Source: Rhizaria sp. SCN 62-66 (taxonomy: Eukaryota). From it: a stretch of DNA of 25,177 bases. Made by a program: the position numbers and the translations under genes. The stretch lies in NCBI GenBank assembly GCA_001724265.1, contig MEDY01000164.1, positions 124,001 to 149,177 of the forward strand, in the 5' to 3' direction. Positions 19,691 through 25,177 of the stretch are shown here, piece by piece. Every line of letters begins with the position of its first letter. The stretch's first letter is position 1. The notes under the pieces were generated by a model. The model was given only the letters and a program-made list of their open reading frames with translations. It had not been told where the DNA came from and did no database searches.

Positions 19691-19696
19691 AATAAA
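19691..19696 (+). terminator. Candidate polyadenylation signal for the bZIP mRNA
   Basis: First AATAAA I find after the bZIP stop, in an AT-rich patch. Comparable AATAAA follow the kinesin (14225-30) and CEP83-like (24318-23) stops. Confidence 0.35.
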
Positions 19697-20034
19697 GCTC
19701 GCTGTTCCCCAAAAAACCAAGTCATTTTTTCATACGCGCTTGTTATGTTGCTTTATAACTCGATTTTGCACAGTTGTGAGAGGCTGCTGTCGCTTGCTTG
19801 TCACTCGGCCTGGCAGGCAGACTGGCCTCCAACGGCTAGCAGCAAGGGGCGTTGACTTTAAATTTGCGTTTAAAATTCTAGACGATCAATCTGTTGATGT
19901 GGAGAGTTATTGATCGATATGAATATTCTTGTTAATTTATTTGCGTGTTTTGCTTCTTATTTTCCTTCTAGACTTTAGGACACAACTCTTTTCGCTTCGG
20001 CAGTCGACCCCCTTTCCTCTCGGCCGCTGCTCTG

Positions 20035-23000
20035 ATGGCGCACCGGCCCTCGGACCACACCGAGGATTACCAATTCGAGTTTGAGTTCGAAGACAACTCC
20101 CAGCACAGCTCCAGCCGCCAGCGCAGCCCCCACAACGCCGCTGCTGCCGCTCCCGCCCCTGCTATCCCTTCTTCCAGTTCGCTACCCGCAGCCGCATCCG
20201 TTTCCAGCGTCCCGCCCTCGGCCGAGCCTGCGCCCGCGTCCGTGCCCGTTCAGCAGTCCTCCTCCGCGGACGAGCTTGAGTTCGAGGACTTCAACACCTC
20301 CGAGCTGAATGTCCTGAACCCCGCTAAGGTCACCGTCCACGCCCCGTCGTTGCCCCAGCTCGCCCCCGCGAACTCTCAACACCACAACGACAGCGCGCAG
20401 CCCGGCGCGTCCCGGAGCCACTCGCAGCACGGCAACGGCAACGGCTCCGCGCATGCCGCGGATCCCGCTGGAAACACGCCCCCGCTTGGCCGGTCACCAC
20501 GCGCCACAGTCTCATCCGCCTCCCTGACCCCCGAGATCTCGCCCCGCCGCGCCAGCGCCAGCGCCGCCGCCAGCGCCGCCTCGCCCGCCGCTGCCGCCGC
20601 GAACAACGACAGCGGCGCCGCAGCCGTGGTGACGGACGCGACCGCGACGGACGCAAGCAACGCCGGCCTCTCCTCGCTCACCGCGTTTGCGGCCCTGGCA
20701 GCGCCGCCGTCGTCGTCGTCGGGGGGCTCCAGCGGGCTGTCGCTGCCGCCGCTGCCGGAGACGGACCTCATCACCACCAGCTCCACGCGCGCCGCCCGCG
20801 CACAGGGCCCCGGGCCCCACGGCGCGGGGGCGCGCTACACTGGCGGCGGCGGCGCAATTGACGAGGAGGTTGCGGGCGTGTCGTTCGTGTCGTCAACCTC
20901 GAGCTCTTCGTCCGCCGCGCTGTCTGCGCCCACGGCGGCGCTGGCGCCGGTGTCGGCTCCGGCGAGCGTGAACAACAACGCTGTTGCAATCGCTGGTATG
21001 CAACCGCTACAACAACCGCAGCCGCAATCTCAGCAACAGCAGCAACAGCAGCTACAACAGCAGGCCGCTCCTGTTGCCAGCACCAGCAGCAGCAGCAGTC
21101 GCAACGACTTCGCCAACGATGCTAACAGCTTGCCGGCCTCCCGCGGCCGCGATCGCGAGCGTGATCGTGACCGCGCCAGCGATCGCAGTGACCGTGAGCA
21201 GCCGTTTGGCTCCGCCAGCGGCCAGCCAGTCACCCAGGGCCAGGGCCCGGGCATCGGCGGCAGTAGCAGTCTCGGCCACGGTCATGGCCGTGCGCGCGAG
21301 CGCCCCACCCGCGGCGGCAGCAGCGTCGACGTCGACAGCGACTACCAGCAGAGCCCGGTCCAAGCGCACACACAGCTGCAACAGTCTCAACTGCCCTCGC
21401 CACCGCAGCCGCCCGGCCGCAGCCGCAGCCGCGGCGGCCGCAGCAGCAGCAGCAGCAGCGGCGGCGGCGGCGGCAGCAGCGGTGCCGGCCGCGGCGACGC
21501 GTCAGGCGCTCTGACCGCCGCCGTGGGCGTAGGATCGCACCTGCAGGGCGACGTGGGGATCCTGGCGCGCGAGTGTGAGCGGCTGCGGCGCGAGCTCGAC
21601 CGCACCACCAGGCTCAAGGAGGCCGCGGAGGACGACCTGAGGGTCGTCAAGCAGGAACTCGTACGTCAACAACGTTAACAATCGATAGATCAATGATGAA
21701 AAACAATGAGCTTCGAGGAATTTAACTTCTCATTTTGATTTTACACCGCAAATGTATCAAATCAGTTATTTTGGTGATGTTCACTAACTGTACTTTCTTC
21801 TGCGTATTCATCTGTTTTGTTTGTGATCGTTTTGCTTGTAGGAGGCGGCCAAGGCGACCTCGGTGGCGATGTTCGACGACTGGTCCGTGATGCTGGGCCA
21901 GGCGCGGCAGCGCCAACGCGACCTGGAGGCCGCGCCCGTGTCGCCGCAGGTCGTGGAAGACATGCGGCTGAGTCTCATGGAGGAGCTCGAGACGGCCTAC
22001 CAGCACCGGTTCGCCAAGCTCATGGAGGTACGCTCAGTTGCACTTATGGGTTGTTAACGCAACACTTCTCGACAAGAAGCTCACATAGGTCTAAATAAGA
22101 ATTGATTATTGCTCCCTCAGAATTCATCTTGGATCGTATCTTACTTTTTCGTATTTCTGTAACCTATGCCTCTCCCGCGTAGGAAATGAACCGGTTTCGG
22201 ACGCTATACTCCGAGGAGTACGACGCGCACGAGCTGGCGCGCCACGCCGCGTCCCTGGCCGAGAGCCAGCACGCCGCCGCGCTGCGCGACCTCAAGCGCG
22301 CGCACGCCGCGATCCTTGCGCGCAACACCACGCAGCTTGAGGAGCTGCAGAGCGCCGTACGTCTTTCAGCAAAACCGAACTACCGAACAAGCATATCGTT
22401 AAGATGACTTGAAAATAATTGTTCTTGCATTTCTATCTGAAACTCGGAGAACACAACAGATAAGCTTACTTGAGTCCCTTCATCTTATGTTTTTTTTGAA
22501 ACGCATTCTAACTGGTTACACATGTGTAGCTTGAGGCGGCACGCGTGAGTGATCCTGCGCCGGCGCTGCAACAGGCGTTGCGCGAGGTCCGCGCTAAGCT
22601 TTCGGCCTCGGAGCTTCGCTCTGAGCAACTCAGGCACGTCCTTATATCACTAGCTGTTTCAAGATTTCTGTAATCATTGCGTAGAAACACAACATATTTC
22701 TCAATCAACACTCTCAATCAAATGTGTCATTATTTCTCATTACGTCTTTGCTATCTTATCCCTGTACTTTGACATCCGCTCGCACAGCAAGCAACTCTCG
22801 TCCGCCGAGGTGGCGCACGAGGGGGTCAAGGCGGCCTTCCACCGCGACCTCTCGGACGCCCGCGCCTCTCTAGCGCACGAGCAGGCCCGCGCAGCCGCCG
22901 CGGCCGCCAAGGCCGTGCGTCTCTCCTCCGAGCTGGACGCCGCGCAGGCGCTGGCGGCGCGGTGCGAGGACGAGCTGTCGCGAATGCGCTGTGAACACGC

Positions 23001-24171
23001 CCGCGCGCGCGCTGAGGCGCTCAAGGCGACGCAGGACGCCGAGGCCGCCGCCAAGGCCGCAGTGGCGCGCGCCGCCGCGCTCGAGGCGGCGACCGAGGAG
23101 CGCCGCGCGGCGACGGCCTCGCGCGTCGAGACGCTCAGCGCGGACCTCATCCGCGCCAGCGCAGCGCGCGACGCGGCCGAGGAGCGTGCGGCGGCGCTGC
23201 TGCGGGAGCACGCGCTTGCGCTGCAGGCCGCCGAGGAGCGCGGCGTGCGCTCGGCGCTCGCGGAGCAGGCCAAGGCAGCGGCCGCGGCGGGCGAGCTTTC
23301 CGAGCTGCGGCTCCGCGTTGCCGCGCAGGCGCAGGCAGCCGACGCCGAGGCCGCGCGGGCTGCGGCGCGCACGGCCGAACTCGAGGCCGCGCTGCGTGCC
23401 GGAGAGGCCGCGCGCGCAAGCGCGGAGCGGGAGGCCGCGGCGCTGCGCGAGCGCGTGCGCGCGGCGGAGCGCGACGCGTCGGGCGCGGGCGAGGCGGCGC
23501 AGCGGCTCGAGGTCGCGCTGGCCGAGGAGCGCAACGACCCCAAGAGCACGACGAGTGTGCGCGGGGAGCTCGATCGCGTCGTCGCGCGTGCCGAGGCCGC
23601 CGAGCGCGCGGCTGGCGAGGCGCGCGAGAAGGAGAGCATGGCCGCGGCGGCGCTGGCGAGCCTCAAGGCGGCCGCGCGCGGGCAGCAGCGCGAGATGGCC
23701 GGGGAGATCGCGCGGCTCGAAACTGCGCTGGCGGCGGCGCAGACGGCCGCGGCAGAGGCGGGCTCGCAGGCGGGCGCGCGCGCCGACGCGCTGGCGCTGG
23801 GGAAAGAGAAGTACAAGGCGATGGCCGCGGCGGCAGACCAGCGCGCGGGGCAGCTAGACGCGCAGCTGCGGTCCCTCGCGGGGGCGTACAAGACGCAGCA
23901 GCAGCAGCGCGCCGCGCTCGACGCGGAGCTCGCCAGCGCGCGCGTGCGGCTGCAGCACGCGCTCAAGCAGCAGCAGCAGGGCAACCCCGCCGTAGCGGTC
24001 TCCGCTGACGGAGCCGGGAATGCGGAGGAAGAGGACGGCGCTGCCGGCGCTGGCGCTGGCGCAGGTGCTTTGACTGGCGCTGGCGCTGCTGGGTGCAGGA
24101 GTGTTGGCGAGACGAGTGCCGAGCAGCTGCTGCGTCGGAGCGAGGCGAAGCTGCGCTGGGGAATCCCTTGA
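20035..24171 (+). CDS. CEP83: CEP83/CCDC41-like centriolar distal-appendage coiled-coil protein with long disordered N-terminus, ~1157 aa
   Basis: Exons 20035-21660, 21842-22027, 22183-22356, 22530-22633, 22788-24171 join in frame (3474 nt; last intron GC-AG). SPQVVEDMRLSLMEELETAYQHRFAKLMEEMNRFRTLY resembles, from memory, the CEP83 segment [38 protein letters not shown]. The remainder is Ala/Glu/Arg-rich coiled coil. Confidence 0.7.
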
Positions 24172-24521
24172 GCATGCATGCAGGAGACCCGTTTGCTCAT
24201 ATCTCAGTTTATAGTGAGTTATGTGTGAGGTTTTGGCCAACTTGAAGTGTGATTCGTGGCGGAGATTGGCCTGCTGGCGACGATGACCAGCGACTGTGAG
24301 GATAATATGTTCATTGTAATAAATAAAAAACTTGAATTCACGACATACTCCGAAATATGATCCTTTTAGTTTAATTTTAGTTGTTTTTGCGATACTTTTG
24401 TTGGTTTTCTGACCGAGTGATCGAAGTTAAGCCGCCGACCGGTCCAGTCCCAGTCTGATGGCGAGAGGTGAGATGGAAAACTTTGCTGTTTCGATACGGT
24501 CGTTACAAACACATTTCCACA

Positions 24522-25177
24522 ATGTCCGCTCTTGCGCTCAACGTACGTGTTATTTTATATCTACTACAATTATTCGTAATTCGTGTACCGTCGTTTATCT
24601 CTCCCTGTAAACCCTCGCGCATTCGTCTCTGTCCCACGGCTTCTGCGGTGTGCCTAGCTTCTTCCTCACTTTGCTGTTTTCACACACGCCACACCCTTTT
24701 TTTCCAACTGCTTTTGTGCTGTATAGGCTGATGACGTTAAGCTTATGCTTACCGCCCAGGTCCACATCGGTACCAAGAACATGTCCGATGCCATGACCCC
24801 CTACATCTGGCGCCGCAAGCGCGACGGCATCTGCCTCATCAACCTCGGCAAGACCTGGGAGAAGATCGTCCTTGCTGCCCGCGTCATCGTGGCCATCGAG
24901 AACCCCGAGGACGTCCTTGTCGTCTCCGGCCGTGCTCACGGCCAGCGCTCCATCTTCAAGTTCGCTCAGTACACTGGCGCTTCCTACATCTCTGCCCGCT
25001 TCTCCGCTGGTACTCTCACTAACCAGTCGCAGGCCCGCCGCTTCGTCGAGCCCCGCGTCCTGATGGTCACCGACCCCCTCGTCGACCACCAGCCCATCAA
25101 GGAGTCTTCCTACGTCAACATCCCCATCATCGCCCTCTGCGACGCTGATGCCCCCCTCCGCTGCGTCGACATCGCCA
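24522..25177 (+). CDS. RPSA: 40S ribosomal protein SA (uS2), 5' part; runs off the right edge
   Basis: Exon 1 24522-24542 (MSALALN), intron 24543-24726 (GTACGT...ATAG), exon 2 from 24727: [18 protein letters not shown]...[31 protein letters not shown]...GTLTNQ...[30 protein letters not shown]. Not in the supplied ORF track. Confidence 0.97.

Noticed and set aside
24543-24726. Intronic snoRNA in RPSA intron 1
   Set aside because: No box C/D pair or convincing H/ACA double hairpin visible.
1-25177. CRISPR arrays, tRNA/rRNA genes, transposases or prophage genes
   Set aside because: None seen; repeats are codon-level microsatellites in eukaryotic exons.

Overview
Gene-dense eukaryotic genomic DNA, probably from a flagellated protist (inference from a CEP83-like gene and an Arp2/3 subunit). 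Exons are GC-rich, introns are short (124-230 nt), and donors follow GTRYGN, mostly GTACGT. Seven protein genes can be modelled: the 5' part of tyrosine aminotransferase (-), an intronless PFKFB with a ~1650-aa low-complexity N-terminus (+), ARPC5 (-), a KIF28-like kinesin-3 ending in three B-box-type zinc fingers (+), an atypical bZIP factor (+), a CEP83-like coiled-coil protein with a probable GC-AG intron (+), and the 5' part of 40S ribosomal protein SA (+). The bZIP locus is the most interesting part. A 74-codon upstream ORF with strongly coding-like codon usage and a hydrophobic N-terminus precedes it. Its basic region has Lys in place of the invariant Asn. It is followed by ~1.2 kb of fold-back sequence, including a ~420-nt nested hairpin whose G.U pairs work only on the sense strand and which contains a pre-miRNA-like 22-nt duplex. 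Together these suggest an undescribed post-transcriptional control module. All calls come from reading the sequence by eye; no searches or folding programs were run.
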